A model generated the notes under the pieces. The model was not told the DNA's origin. It was given only the letters and a program-made list of their open reading frames with translations, and did not search any database. Below are positions 27,300 to 37,421 of a stretch of 64,000 nt of DNA, one piece after another; positions within the stretch are counted from its first letter, which is position 1, and the number at the start of each line of letters is the position of its first letter. Source of the DNA: Bdellovibrio sp. (GTDB taxonomy: Bacteria > Bdellovibrionota > Bdellovibrionia > Bdellovibrionales > Bdellovibrionaceae); NCBI GenBank assembly GCA_046318155.1, contig JBKCUU010000019.1, positions 1 to 64,000 of the forward strand, given 5' to 3'. Both the position numbers and the translations under genes were made by a program.

Positions 27300-28103
27300 A
27301 TGATCCAGCGCCCGATCCGCCCCAAGGTTGTTCTTGTCCGCAGTCTTTATGACTCGAATATCGGCGCGAGCTCACGCGCCATGGCCAACATGGGCGTTGA
27401 CGAACTGATCTTGATCGCTCCCCAATGTGAGATCACCTATGCGGCTCAGCAAGCCGCGGCGACCGGCCAGACGGCCTTACAAACTCGCCGCGTGTACGCC
27501 TCGTGGGATGAGTTTTTTGAACGTGAACCCGAAGGTTTGCGTATTGCCCTCACCGCCCGCGATGGACAGCGCCGCTTGGTCCAAGACTTGGGCATGGCCC
27601 TTAAAGACATTGCGACCGAGGATCCTCGCTGGCAGCGAGCCGATGGCGAAACCATCCCCGTTTATTTTATTTTTGGTCCCGAAGATTGGGGCCTATCGGC
27701 CGAAGATCTTGAGCTCGTTCATCATGCGGCCTCGATCCCGACCTTTGGCAAAAATCCAAGTCTCAACCTCGCTCAAGCGGTTTTACTGGCCTTGTACCAG
27801 CTGCGCCTCAGTTGGGGCGGCGAGCGGTTCTCGCTCGAGGCCCGTGGAGCCGAAACAAAGTTTCATGGCCGCGAAGAAACGTTTCCAGAACAAACCTTAC
27901 GCGATTTCTTAATTGCCATGGGTTTTGATGTCGAGAAACGACGGATCAATGTCTATACGGTTCTTCGCCGTATGCTGCTGCGAACTTTTCCCACAACAAA
28001 AGAACTCAAAATCTTAGAAGTCGTCTTTCAGCAAGGCACCCGCAAACTGAAAGAACGCAAAGAGCTCAAGACCCGATTGCTCTCTTTCGAGAAACGTGAT
28101 TAA
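27300..28103 (+). CDS. TrmJ/TrmH-family SPOUT RNA methyltransferase
   Basis: NIGASSRAMANMG, IFGPEDWGLS, SLNLAQAV. Confidence 0.88.
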   Translation: MIQRPIRPKVVLVRSLYDSNIGASSRAMANMGVDELILIAPQCEITYAAQQAAATGQTALQTRRVYASWDEFFEREPEGLRIALTARDGQRRLVQDLGMALKDIATEDPRWQRADGETIPVYFIFGPEDWGLSAEDLELVHHAASIPTFGKNPSLNLAQAVLLALYQLRLSWGGERFSLEARGAETKFHGREETFPEQTLRDFLIAMGFDVEKRRINVYTVLRRMLLRTFPTTKELKILEVVFQQGTRKLKERKELKTRLLSFEKRD

Positions 28104-28164
28104 AATTTTAGCCAATTTTTAGCATGAAAATTTAGTTTAAATCCTCGAGCTCTGGAGGCGATCT

Positions 28165-29202
28165 ATGGATCAATTGAAATCTATTTGCGCAGGAGTTTTA
28201 TCGATGGCAGCCGTCGGTTGCGTTTCGAGTGGCAATCCCGTTGCACAGTCAGATCATTTCGACGGCAAAAAATTCTTCAATCCTGGTCATACGCACACCA
28301 AAGGTTTCTTATCGTTGCTGAAGTGGCAGCTCACCAATGACAAAAAAAAGTGGCCCGAAAAGGTCGAAAACAAAACTTATCCCTTGCCAACGGGGCCTCT
28401 TGAGCGCGGCGAGATCCAGATCACGTTTGTCAATCACTCCACACTTTTGGTTCGAACCGAATCTTTTAATTTTTTGACTGACCCCGTTTGGTCCGAACGC
28501 GTGAGCCCCTTTACTTGGGTGGGTCCTAAACGCGTGCGTTCCGCAGGACTTTCGATCGACCAGCTCCCCCCCATTCACGCCGTACTCGTGTCACACAACC
28601 ATTACGATCACTTGGATGTCGGAACTCTCAAAATTTTGGACAAAAAATTCAGACCCCAATTTTTTGTCCCCTTAGGTGATGGCAAATTGCTTCGAGAAAA
28701 CGGCATCGACAACGTTGTCGAAATGGATTGGTGGCAAACCCACGAACTTCAAGACGCTAAAATTACGTTTATGCCTTCCATGCATTGGTCGGGACGCTGG
28801 CTGAACGACCGCTTTGACTGCCTGTGGGGTGCCTTTGGTGTCGAGATCCAGGGCAAACGAGTTTACTTTGCTGGCGATACGGGTTTTGCGGATCACTTCA
28901 AAACCACCCGGCAAAAATGGGGGGCTCCTGACATTTCATTTTTGCCGATTGGCGCTTACGAGCCCCGTTGGTTTATGAAGGACTACCATATGAACCCGGC
29001 CGAAGCGGTTCAGGCGTTTCAAGATCTTGAAAGCAAGCGAGCCATCGGAATTCACCAAGGAACCTTTCAGCTGACCGACGAAGGCATTGACGAACCAACC
29101 CTTCACCTCCAAGACGCACGCCAAGCCCAAGGCATCCCGCCCGAGGCCTTTCGGGTCTTGGACCAGGGTGAAACTTGGATTCTCAAGAAAGCAGACTTCT
29201 AA
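28165..29202 (+). CDS. MBL-fold metallo-hydrolase lipoprotein (RomA/NAPE-PLD-like)
   Basis: Lipobox AVGC; TDPVWSER, SHNHYDHLD, FAGDTG, LPIGAYEPRWFM, HMNP. Confidence 0.88.
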   Translation: MDQLKSICAGVLSMAAVGCVSSGNPVAQSDHFDGKKFFNPGHTHTKGFLSLLKWQLTNDKKKWPEKVENKTYPLPTGPLERGEIQITFVNHSTLLVRTESFNFLTDPVWSERVSPFTWVGPKRVRSAGLSIDQLPPIHAVLVSHNHYDHLDVGTLKILDKKFRPQFFVPLGDGKLLRENGIDNVVEMDWWQTHELQDAKITFMPSMHWSGRWLNDRFDCLWGAFGVEIQGKRVYFAGDTGFADHFKTTRQKWGAPDISFLPIGAYEPRWFMKDYHMNPAEAVQAFQDLESKRAIGIHQGTFQLTDEGIDEPTLHLQDARQAQGIPPEAFRVLDQGETWILKKADF

Positions 29203-29242
29203 AATTTTTTGGGGCTGGGCATTTTTTGACAAAGCCCAGCAA

Positions 29243-29686
29243 TCAGGCCAAGCCTTTGCGAAGGCGGTCTTCTGAGCGTCTGGCTAATTTCAGTTTTTCG
29301 TTCAACCTCGTCAGCTCTTGACTCATGTTATGGCCCAAATCGCTCAGCGTATTGAGGCGCTGGACGACCTCTTCGACGTCGCCGCCGACTAGCCGCAGAC
29401 TTTCGAGCTTCACCGAGTTGAGGTCGATCTCTTTTTGAATGCTCTCAAGTTTTTGATTGAGCTTCTTGCGGTCGTGGCTCAGGACTCGGGTGAGTTCTCG
29501 AAGCTGATCGGATGATAAAGCCTCGAGCCGTCCGGTCACGAACGCATCGGGTTCAGCCTCAGCTTCATCGTCACCGACCAAGCCTTGCCAGAACATTTGC
29601 CAATCAGTTTTGAGGGATTGCAGCAAAGAATTTTCAGAATTTCTTGAAGACCTTGTTTGCCTTCTACTATGACCGTCGTCGCCCAT
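29243..29686 (-). CDS. Hypothetical coiled-coil protein
   Basis: 147-aa ORF filling the gap between genes; heptad pattern. Confidence 0.6.
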   Translation of the reverse strand: MGDDGHSRRQTRSSRNSENSLLQSLKTDWQMFWQGLVGDDEAEAEPDAFVTGRLEALSSDQLRELTRVLSHDRKKLNQKLESIQKEIDLNSVKLESLRLVGGDVEEVVQRLNTLSDLGHNMSQELTRLNEKLKLARRSEDRLRKGLA

Positions 29687-29799
29687 ACCCTAGATTATAG
29701 CTGATCTTGTTTAAGGAAACAGGTCAATGCTGCGTCGCATTTAAAGTCTTTACCAAAACTTGTAGGATCACTTTCAGATCATAGAATGCTGAATTATTT

Positions 29800-30933
29800 T
29801 CATGTCTTAGAAGTCGTCATCCGGCCTGTCGTCAAGTGATCGGGTCCTAATGCAAGGTGCCTGACCGCGGCCAAAGTCTGGCGGTCTTTCATGTTTTCAC
29901 GTCCCCAGGACTCGGTCCAAGACTTTCCGTGGCGTGCACCTAAAAGATGCGGCCCCTGAAAGAGCCATAAGCGATCCCCTAAACCGGCCGCGAGGGCGGA
30001 ACTCAAAGTTTGAGCGCCGCCTTCAATCCAAACCGATCGGATTTGCTTCTCCCAGAGGGCAGCAAGGCCCTTGCGCAAATACTCGCTCGCTGATTTTTGC
30101 TCATCGACGATTATAACTTGCGCCAGACTGGAGGATTCTTGCGAGGCGCCGGGCCCTGCGATCACCCAAATGTTTTGCGGCGAATGTGTTTTGAACAACT
30201 GCAGTTCGGGTCGACTTAAAATCTCGGCCTTTGAATCCAAAACCACCACGTGGCGAGAAAGGCCCGCAAAAGGCGTGTCCCTCGCATCGAGCTTGGGGTT
30301 GTCTTTAAGAACGGTTTGTTTGCCTACCAAACAGGCGTCGTGAGCTCCTCGCAAGAAGCGGGCAAAATGGCGAGACGCTTCTGAGGTCAGCCATTGGCTC
30401 TGCCCATTGCGAAGTCCCATCATGCCGTCAAGTGAGGTCGCAACTTTTAAAGAAACGAACGGACGTTTTTGCGTGAAATTCACCAAAAAGAATTCACAGA
30501 TGGCGCGAGCGGTTTCAACCAAAGGTTCGAATGCAGACCCTTCGGCTTCGAGACACCTGACTTTTTTGCCCGCATTTTTTAAAATTTCGAAGCCTTGTCC
30601 CGAAACCAGGGGGTTGGGATCTTGCAAGATGGCGATGATTTCGGCCACCTCGGTAGCAGCTAACGTTTTCGCACACGCGGGAGTTCGTCCTTCGTGCGCG
30701 CAGGGCTCAAGCGTAACAAAAACGCGGGCTCCGCGCAATTCGGCGGGTGAATGAACCCCGGCCAAAGCCAAAACTTCAGCATGACCTTCTCCAGCTCTGT
30801 GATGGTAGCCCATACTCACAAATTCATTTCTTGAATTGAGGATGACGCAGCCAACGGCTGGATTGGGCGACGTGAAGCCGTAGCCTTCGAACGCCTGTTG
30901 AAGTGCCATTTGCAGCGCCTCTGCATCCGTCAT
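29800..30933 (-). CDS. ribD: Bifunctional riboflavin biosynthesis deaminase/reductase
   Basis: PNPAVGCV, HAE, TLEPCAHEGRTPAC, KVATSLDG, IEGG; start uncertain (30933 or 30993). Confidence 0.92.
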   Translation of the reverse strand: MTDAEALQMALQQAFEGYGFTSPNPAVGCVILNSRNEFVSMGYHHRAGEGHAEVLALAGVHSPAELRGARVFVTLEPCAHEGRTPACAKTLAATEVAEIIAILQDPNPLVSGQGFEILKNAGKKVRCLEAEGSAFEPLVETARAICEFFLVNFTQKRPFVSLKVATSLDGMMGLRNGQSQWLTSEASRHFARFLRGAHDACLVGKQTVLKDNPKLDARDTPFAGLSRHVVVLDSKAEILSRPELQLFKTHSPQNIWVIAGPGASQESSSLAQVIIVDEQKSASEYLRKGLAALWEKQIRSVWIEGGAQTLSSALAAGLGDRLWLFQGPHLLGARHGKSWTESWGRENMKDRQTLAAVRHLALGPDHLTTGRMTTSKT

Positions 30934-31011
30934 TGGCTGTCCCCTTGCGGGTGGCTTTAACAGCCCGTCAAAAAACAAGTGCAGCCAATCCAAGCGAGAA
31001 CCCTTCTGAAG

Positions 31012-32118
31012 TTATTTGCTCCAGCTTTGCCAGTATTCAGGAACTTCGACTTTTGCAAACTCAGGATCGATATTCAATTTCTGAAAAGAGTCGATCATCA
31101 CCGCCACTTCATCCGTATGAGTTTTGGTGCTGACATTCTTGATCGCCTTGGGATGAGGACCGTGCGGAAAACCCGCGGGATGAAGGGTCATCATGCCTGC
31201 GTGCAAGTTGTCGCGCGAGAAGAAGTTGCCATCATGATAAAACAGAACCTCATCGTAATCGATATTCTGATGGTAAAACGGAACTTTCAGCGCATCTGCA
31301 TCTGTCTCCAGAGGCCTAGGCAAAAACGTGCAAATCACAAAGCCATTTGCGGCAAAGGTCGTGTGGGCCGAAGGAGGCAAGTGAACACGCGCGCTCACCA
31401 TCGGCATCAAGTTGTCGATGTGCAAAGTAAACGGAAAGAAATCACCCTTCCAGCCAGCGGTATCAAAGTAACAACCACCGTAACTAAACTTTGTGAACTC
31501 ATCACTGCGCTTAACCAAAACATTCGTCACGTTGGTGTTTGTCGCCGTTTTGAGGGCGTGCATCGCTTCGAGGTCTGGCGTCCCAAGGGAGGCCAAGTCG
31601 TAAAAAGCATTTCGTCCGACCATTCCGCGCTCAGGCTCGCGGTACATCGAGGTGCGGTTCTCGATCACCAAAAATTGTGTGTCTTCTTCGAACAGAAAAG
31701 AATGCGTCGTACACTTGGGCAGCATGACGTAAGAGCCAGCTTTGAAGGTCAGCAGACCAAACTCAGTAAAGATTTTGCCTGCACCCTTGTGGCAAAAATA
31801 AAGAGTTTCGCCGTCGGCATTGCGAAAGGCATGGGTCATTGCCTTGTCCGTTCGCTTATCGAAATAGTTGTAGATGACAACGTCCGAGTTGAAAAACATG
31901 CGCTGCCAGGCGCCCCAGATTTTTGGCATCTTCACGCCATCATAAAGGTGAGGACGCAGCGGCCCTTCGATGTTGGTCCAACGGGTTGAGGCCTCGGGCT
32001 TAATGATGTGAGAGACCGGACCAAAAAAACCTTTTCTGCCCTGCTCTTCTTCATAATAGCCCTCAGGGATCCCCTTATGACCTTGAGTCGTGTACTTGCC
32101 TTGCGAATACTGAAACAT
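31012..32118 (-). CDS. hmgA: Homogentisate 1,2-dioxygenase
   Basis: NADGE, HLPPSAH, PFYHQNIDYDEVLFY, LHPAGFPHGP, EVAVMID. Confidence 0.9.
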   Translation of the reverse strand: MFQYSQGKYTTQGHKGIPEGYYEEEQGRKGFFGPVSHIIKPEASTRWTNIEGPLRPHLYDGVKMPKIWGAWQRMFFNSDVVIYNYFDKRTDKAMTHAFRNADGETLYFCHKGAGKIFTEFGLLTFKAGSYVMLPKCTTHSFLFEEDTQFLVIENRTSMYREPERGMVGRNAFYDLASLGTPDLEAMHALKTATNTNVTNVLVKRSDEFTKFSYGGCYFDTAGWKGDFFPFTLHIDNLMPMVSARVHLPPSAHTTFAANGFVICTFLPRPLETDADALKVPFYHQNIDYDEVLFYHDGNFFSRDNLHAGMMTLHPAGFPHGPHPKAIKNVSTKTHTDEVAVMIDSFQKLNIDPEFAKVEVPEYWQSWSK

Positions 32119-32127
32119 GATTGACCT

Positions 32128-32173
32128 CTATCGCCCCAGAGGGGCGTACTTTACTATCGCCCCAGAGGGGCGT
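32128..32173. repeat. Tandem pair of identical 20-bp palindromic (REP-like) units between hppD and hmgA
   Basis: CTATCGCCCCAGAGGGGCGT at 32128-32147 and 32154-32173; each folds as CGCCCC-AGA-GGGGCG. Confidence 0.85.
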
Positions 32174-32187
32174 GCTTGAAAGAAAAC

Positions 32188-33249
32188 TTATGTTAAGTAG
32201 CCTCGCTCCCGCTGATCTGCTTCGATAGCATCGAACAAGGCCTGAAAGTTGCCGTTGCCAAAACCGTCATGACCCTTGCGCTGAATGACTTCAAAGAAAA
32301 TAGGTCCGATGATATTTTTCGAAAAAATTTGCAGCAAATAACCATCGTGATCGCCATCTACCAAAATCGAGTTTTTCTCGAGCGTGGAGATATCTTCAGA
32401 AACCGCCGGAAGTCGATCTTTCAGCTGACGGTAATAAGTACCGGGAGGAGACGGCAAGAAATCAAGCTTGTTCTCACGCAAAGCCATCAGTGTCTTTGTA
32501 ATGTCATCGGTGAGCAAAGCCACGTGCTGAATTCCCGATCCTTTATACTCGTCCAAATACTCTTGGATTTGTGATTTACCGTCCGTCGGCTCGTTGATCG
32601 GAACAGCAAACAAACCACAGGGCGAACGCATGACTTTTGAAATCAGGCCCGTGCTCTTGCCTTTGATGTCGAAGTACATGGTCTCGCGAAAGTTAAAAAC
32701 TTTGGTGTAAAAATCGCACCACTTTTGCATTTCGCCTTTAGGAACATTGTTGGTGAAGTGATCCACGATCGTAAAACCCAAACCGCGAGGAGCCGCGTCT
32801 TCGGGTTTTACTTTGAAAATCTCATTGTCGAATTTTTTTGAAGCCGACTCGTCCATGAAATAAACAATCGAGTCACCGATCCCATAAATAGCCCACTCGG
32901 GCGCCCAAGCCGAGTCGACACCCGATGGTTTAAACGGTTTCCCGCCGCGTTTAACGGCTAAATCGTAGGCGGCTTTTGCGTTCTTCACTTTAAAACCGGT
33001 TGAGCAAATGGCGGGACCGTGCGCTTTGGCAAATTGCAAGGCAAAGCTTCCGGGTTCGCTGTTGATCACAAAATTGATGTGTCCTTGGCGGTAAAGGCTG
33101 ATTTTTTTCCCTGCAATCTCGCCGACTCTTTTAAAACCATAAGCGACAAACAATTTTTCGAAATAGACGGAATCAGGTCCGGCGTATTCGACAAAATCGA
33201 CGCCTTTCAGTCCCATTGGATTTGCAGTTTCACCAGCGACTTGTGCCAT
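32188..33249 (-). CDS. hppD: 4-hydroxyphenylpyruvate dioxygenase
   Basis: DHFTNNV, SQIQEYL, GIQHVAL, LLQIFS, FFEVIQRKG, GFGNGNFQALF. Confidence 0.95.
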   Translation of the reverse strand: MAQVAGETANPMGLKGVDFVEYAGPDSVYFEKLFVAYGFKRVGEIAGKKISLYRQGHINFVINSEPGSFALQFAKAHGPAICSTGFKVKNAKAAYDLAVKRGGKPFKPSGVDSAWAPEWAIYGIGDSIVYFMDESASKKFDNEIFKVKPEDAAPRGLGFTIVDHFTNNVPKGEMQKWCDFYTKVFNFRETMYFDIKGKSTGLISKVMRSPCGLFAVPINEPTDGKSQIQEYLDEYKGSGIQHVALLTDDITKTLMALRENKLDFLPSPPGTYYRQLKDRLPAVSEDISTLEKNSILVDGDHDGYLLQIFSKNIIGPIFFEVIQRKGHDGFGNGNFQALFDAIEADQRERGYLT

Positions 33250-33267
33250 GTCTTCTCCCGTTTAGGC

Positions 33268-34629
33268 TTAAAGCAAACTCTCTAGAGAGTTGTAGAAATT
33301 TACGACTTTGGGGTCAATCAGAAAGGACTTCGGACTCCATCCCAAAAGCTTGAGACCTTGGCCTGATGAAAGACGGCTCAAGGCGACGTAAGCCTGTCCT
33401 GGTTCCCATAAGTGCGACAGGTTGACCCAAAGCTCATCCAGCGTGGCGCCTTGTGATTTATGGATCGTCGTCGCGTAGGCCAAGATCAGCGGAAACTGAA
33501 TCACAGAGGCAACCACTTTACCCTCGGCGTCCAACATCGAAAACTGCGTTTTTTCGACAGTCACATGACGAAAAGTCTCTTTTTCGACTGTGATTTTGTC
33601 GGGCAAGATTTCGACCACGGTTCCGCGTGTTCCGTTGACCCAACGTTTTTGTGGGTCATTTTGGATAAACATCACGCGGCAGCCGACTTTAAGCGTAAGG
33701 CGTGCGGGAACGGGCGAAGTTTTCTTAAGCATTTCAATTTGCCGGTCCAGACCAAGGTAGATTGCATCGGTATGAACTTCGGGGGCTTGAATCTCGGCCA
33801 GCTCGCGTTGATTAAAAATTTCGGATTGATCGCGGCGAGGAAAGAGCCGGATAGTTTTATCCTCTTGGTCGTGCTCACGCATTCTTGAATCCAAGTACTC
33901 ACGAACTTTGGGCGTCACTTTTCCGTGGCGAACATCGGCGAGCACATCTAAAAATTCGCTTTCGCGAACGCGTTGATTGTGCTCAAGCCAGACTGCCTGA
34001 AAACCCGATTTGTCCCAGACCGGAGATAAGAAGGCCCAGTCACGTTGCCCCGTTCTCGTTACCGGCGGCAACTGCGCAAAGTCACCCACCATGATGACGC
34101 GCATCCCGCCCCAAGGCAGACTGGAGTCGCGCGCCGTGCGCGCCAGGCGCTCGGCTAAATCGAGCGCCACGCCCGGTATCATGGACACTTCATCCAAAAT
34201 AAAACCTTCAACTTGAGCCAAGCGTTTACGAATGCGCGGATCGTTCGCGGCGCGGTCGAAGGTTGCCTCGGCGCCCCCTTCCATAATCCCCAAGCCAAAA
34301 AACGAATGAAATGTTCGTCCCCCCAAGAGAACGGCAGCCGCCCCAGTTGAAGCAAGGATTGGAAAGACTTTGGAGTCCAAGTCGCGCATAAAATGGCGCA
34401 GTAAAAAACTTTTTCCCGAGCCGGCTCCGCCCGTCACAAAAACATTTTCACCGCTTTGAAGAATTTCGAGGGCCTTGGCCTGTTCGGGAGAAAGATCGGC
34501 GAGGTGCGCTTCTTTCTTTCGCCGCGCCTTGGGAGCAGTGGGATCTTTGATGTCCTCATCGTGATCACCGGCCAACTCTTCCAGATCCTGGCTGAAGCTT
34601 TTATCAAGAGGTCCATTTTTTAATTTCAA
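33268..34629 (-). CDS. PIF1-family (SF1B) DNA helicase
   Basis: TGGAGSGKS, GRTFHSFFG, LDEVSM, GDFAQLPPV, TIHKSQG, GQAYVALSR; TTG start with GAGGAG RBS. Confidence 0.9.
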   Translation of the reverse strand: MKLKNGPLDKSFSQDLEELAGDHDEDIKDPTAPKARRKKEAHLADLSPEQAKALEILQSGENVFVTGGAGSGKSFLLRHFMRDLDSKVFPILASTGAAAVLLGGRTFHSFFGLGIMEGGAEATFDRAANDPRIRKRLAQVEGFILDEVSMIPGVALDLAERLARTARDSSLPWGGMRVIMVGDFAQLPPVTRTGQRDWAFLSPVWDKSGFQAVWLEHNQRVRESEFLDVLADVRHGKVTPKVREYLDSRMREHDQEDKTIRLFPRRDQSEIFNQRELAEIQAPEVHTDAIYLGLDRQIEMLKKTSPVPARLTLKVGCRVMFIQNDPQKRWVNGTRGTVVEILPDKITVEKETFRHVTVEKTQFSMLDAEGKVVASVIQFPLILAYATTIHKSQGATLDELWVNLSHLWEPGQAYVALSRLSSGQGLKLLGWSPKSFLIDPKVVNFYNSLESLL

Positions 34630-34814
34630 AGCGAACCCCTCCTCTTAACGCACATGCGCCACTCATATGTAGCAGCTTCAACTTGGTTATCAACCGAGAA
34701 AAACCTGAGTGATTAAACGCATCTAATGCCAAGCAACAAGACTTCTTGCTGCCTGCCACCGAAACGAGCGTGCTACACTGCCCTGCAGTTCAGTTTGGTT
34801 GCAGGAGGCGATGT

Positions 34815-35171
34815 ATGATTACGAATTTTGAAACTCGAGAAGAAAATCTCCACTATGAAGGCGTCTTCGACATTGATCCCAAAGAGCTGATGAACCTCAA
34901 AGATCAGGTCTGCATGATCGACGTCCGCCAAGCCGAAGAATTCACCGGCGAACTCGGCCATATCCCGGGCGCTCAGCTCATCGTCCTGGACACTTTACCT
35001 GATCACCTTGATGAACTTCCCAAAGATAAAACGATCGTGTTTGTCTGCCGCAGCGGCGGTCGCTCGGCTCGCGCGACTTCTTTTGCGATGGCTCAAGGTT
35101 ACAAAGATGTCTTTAATCTCAAAGGTGGCATGCTTCTCTGGAATGAACTGCATTTGCCAACGGAAGCGTAG
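34815..35171 (+). CDS. Rhodanese-like single-domain protein
   Basis: IDVR..E..GHIPGA, CRSGGRS, LKGGM; AGGAGG RBS before ATG 34815. Confidence 0.88.
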   Translation: MITNFETREENLHYEGVFDIDPKELMNLKDQVCMIDVRQAEEFTGELGHIPGAQLIVLDTLPDHLDELPKDKTIVFVCRSGGRSARATSFAMAQGYKDVFNLKGGMLLWNELHLPTEA

Positions 35172-35176
35172 TCTTT

Positions 35177-36550
35177 ATGCACTCAAAAGTTTATGTGAAT
35201 CGGACTCTGAATCTGAAACGGATTCGTTACCTGGGATTGGATATGGATCACACCTTGATCCGTTACAACTCCGAAGAATTTGAACGTCTTGCGCACTCGG
35301 TAATTAAAGAGAAACTCGTGAAGTCGCGCGGTTACCCCGAAGAGGTTTTGGCTCTCCCTTTCGATTTTAATCTCACCATTCGTGGTTTGGTCATCGATCG
35401 TGTTCGGGGTAATTTGATTAAGCTGAACCGGCACTCGGCGATCCGTGCTACCTATCACGGGCTTAAGCCTTTAGATTTTAAGACGCAAAGTAAGATGTAC
35501 CAGTCGACTTACATCGATTTGTCGGACAGTAAATATTTGGCGATTGACACGACATTTTCGGTGAGCTTGGCGATCATTTACTCGCAAGTCGTCGAGATGA
35601 AGAATCAAAACAAGGAGCTGAATCTCCCCGATTTTGCAAGCATGGCTGATGACGTTTTGAAAACTCTCGATGAGGCTCATCGCGACGGCTCTCTCAAAGA
35701 AGTCGTTAAAAAAGACTTGGCTCGTTTCATTATTAAAGATCCCAACACAGTTGCAGGGCTTGAAAAGTTCAAACGCCACGGAAAAAAAGTGTTTATCGTG
35801 ACGAACTCTGACTTTCATTACACCAAACTTTTGCTCGATTACGCGATCAATCCTTTTTTAAAAGAGCACAAGTCGTGGACGGATCTGTTTGAATTCACGG
35901 TCGTGAGCGCACAGAAACCACGGTTCTTCTTTGACGACCTTCGTTTTATGAAGATCAACGTCAACGATGGGACAATGACCAATCAAGAAACCAAGCTTGA
36001 GCCCGGCGTTTACCAAGGCGGTAGCGCAAAGTCTTTCACGCAAGATCTCAATCTTCAGGGCGACGAGATTTTGTACATCGGCGATCATATTTACGGCGAT
36101 ATCTTGCGCCTTAAAAAAGACTGTGGCTGGCGCACGGCCATGGTTCTTGAAGAGCTTGAGAGCGAGGTTCGGAACAACCATGCCACGCACGCTCTCACGA
36201 ATGAAATCGAATCTTTGATGCACAAGAAAGAGCCTTTCGAAGAAGAGATGACCGAACTGATGACGAAAAAAATCGAAGATCAGGCCAACGTCAACGAAGA
36301 GCGAACCGATTCTTTGCAAAAGCAAATTGCCGAAATCGACGCGCAAATCTCGGCTTTGATTAAGCGCCAGCAGTCGCATTTTAACCCTAATTGGGGTCAG
36401 ATTATGCGCGCCGGAAACGAGGAGTCGTACTTTGCCTATCAAGTGGATCGTTACGCATGCGTTTACATGGCGAAGCTGGCGGACTTGTTGGCACTCTCGC
36501 CTCGAACGTATTTCCGTGCTCCTCGACGCCCTCTGTCTCACGAAATGTAA
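35177..36550 (+). CDS. HAD-IG family 5'-nucleotidase (cN-II-like)
   Basis: GLDMDHTL, VTNS, KPRFF, YIGDHIYGDI, GWRT. Confidence 0.9.
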   Translation: MHSKVYVNRTLNLKRIRYLGLDMDHTLIRYNSEEFERLAHSVIKEKLVKSRGYPEEVLALPFDFNLTIRGLVIDRVRGNLIKLNRHSAIRATYHGLKPLDFKTQSKMYQSTYIDLSDSKYLAIDTTFSVSLAIIYSQVVEMKNQNKELNLPDFASMADDVLKTLDEAHRDGSLKEVVKKDLARFIIKDPNTVAGLEKFKRHGKKVFIVTNSDFHYTKLLLDYAINPFLKEHKSWTDLFEFTVVSAQKPRFFFDDLRFMKINVNDGTMTNQETKLEPGVYQGGSAKSFTQDLNLQGDEILYIGDHIYGDILRLKKDCGWRTAMVLEELESEVRNNHATHALTNEIESLMHKKEPFEEEMTELMTKKIEDQANVNEERTDSLQKQIAEIDAQISALIKRQQSHFNPNWGQIMRAGNEESYFAYQVDRYACVYMAKLADLLALSPRTYFRAPRRPLSHEM

Positions 36551-36579
36551 GGCCTGTTTACCAGTCACATCGTAACGGC

Positions 36580-37311
36580 CTAAGGCTCATGAGCCAGAAG
36601 AAACAGCGAGTCCTCTTCTGATATTTGATTCATCATTCCCACGAGCTGACCCGCTTGAAACTTTTGTCGATATTGGAGCCGGGCTGTTTGAACTATATCA
36701 CAGCCCAATTTTCCGGTGCCATCATTGTCGCGCACATTGACGTTACAAGGAATGCGCGTTTGTGACTCCTGTTCTCGTGAACGTGGAAGAGATGTCAGCA
36801 GAAGAGTCGCAAGCGGCAATCCCGCCTCTTTGATTTTGCGGGCCACGCTGTGCTGGAGGTAGGCGGCCGCAAAGGTCACCGGCGTAATCACCAACACCCG
36901 AAGATTCTGAGCTTGAGCGGCTTTGAGCCCTTGGATGAGGCGGCTGGATTCTTCTTGGGTGTTCAAACGTTCGCCTTGTATTTTCACGAGCTCCGGGACC
37001 ATTCCCTGGATGTTCGTGTCGACAAAGACGACGTCGTACTTGGTTGAGGGGTCTTGATTTTGAGCCAAGAACTGCTCAAGTGTTTCGGTCATTTCGGGAT
37101 GACTGATCTCAAGGCCCCAAACAAGGTGGGGTGCCGCTTTCATCTGGAGTTGTAAACTCAAAATAATGGAGCTCGCAATAGCCGCTGGATTTTCAAAGCT
37201 TTGGAGTTTAATCTTGTTGACCGCGCGCGGCTGCATTCCAAGCAGAGAGGTGTAGTACAAGCCTCCGACAATGATCAAACCCAGGATGCCGTAACTGATA
37301 TATTTGCGCAT
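36580..37311 (-). CDS. Membrane-anchored hypothetical protein
   Basis: N-terminal TM helix, 243 aa, no recognised family. Confidence 0.6.
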   Translation of the reverse strand: MRKYISYGILGLIIVGGLYYTSLLGMQPRAVNKIKLQSFENPAAIASSIILSLQLQMKAAPHLVWGLEISHPEMTETLEQFLAQNQDPSTKYDVVFVDTNIQGMVPELVKIQGERLNTQEESSRLIQGLKAAQAQNLRVLVITPVTFAAAYLQHSVARKIKEAGLPLATLLLTSLPRSREQESQTRIPCNVNVRDNDGTGKLGCDIVQTARLQYRQKFQAGQLVGMMNQISEEDSLFLLAHEP

Positions 37312-37421
37312 TTTCAGACACTTACCATGGTCAAGCCAGGGCCGCCAAGCTTCTTGCCTTTTACTGCCCCTTGCACTAATTTGACGGCTGGACTTGATCC
37401 TTGAGACAGGTACCAGGATAT

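Noticed and set aside
30979..31989. 336-aa plus-strand ORF
   Set aside because: Antisense shadow of hmgA with no recognisable motifs.
33268..34629. PIF1 helicase as marker of a Helitron, prophage or defence island
   Set aside because: No Rep/HUH domain and no phage or defence neighbours; it sits among housekeeping genes.
35858..36568. 236-aa minus-strand ORF
   Set aside because: Antisense shadow of the 5'-nucleotidase gene.
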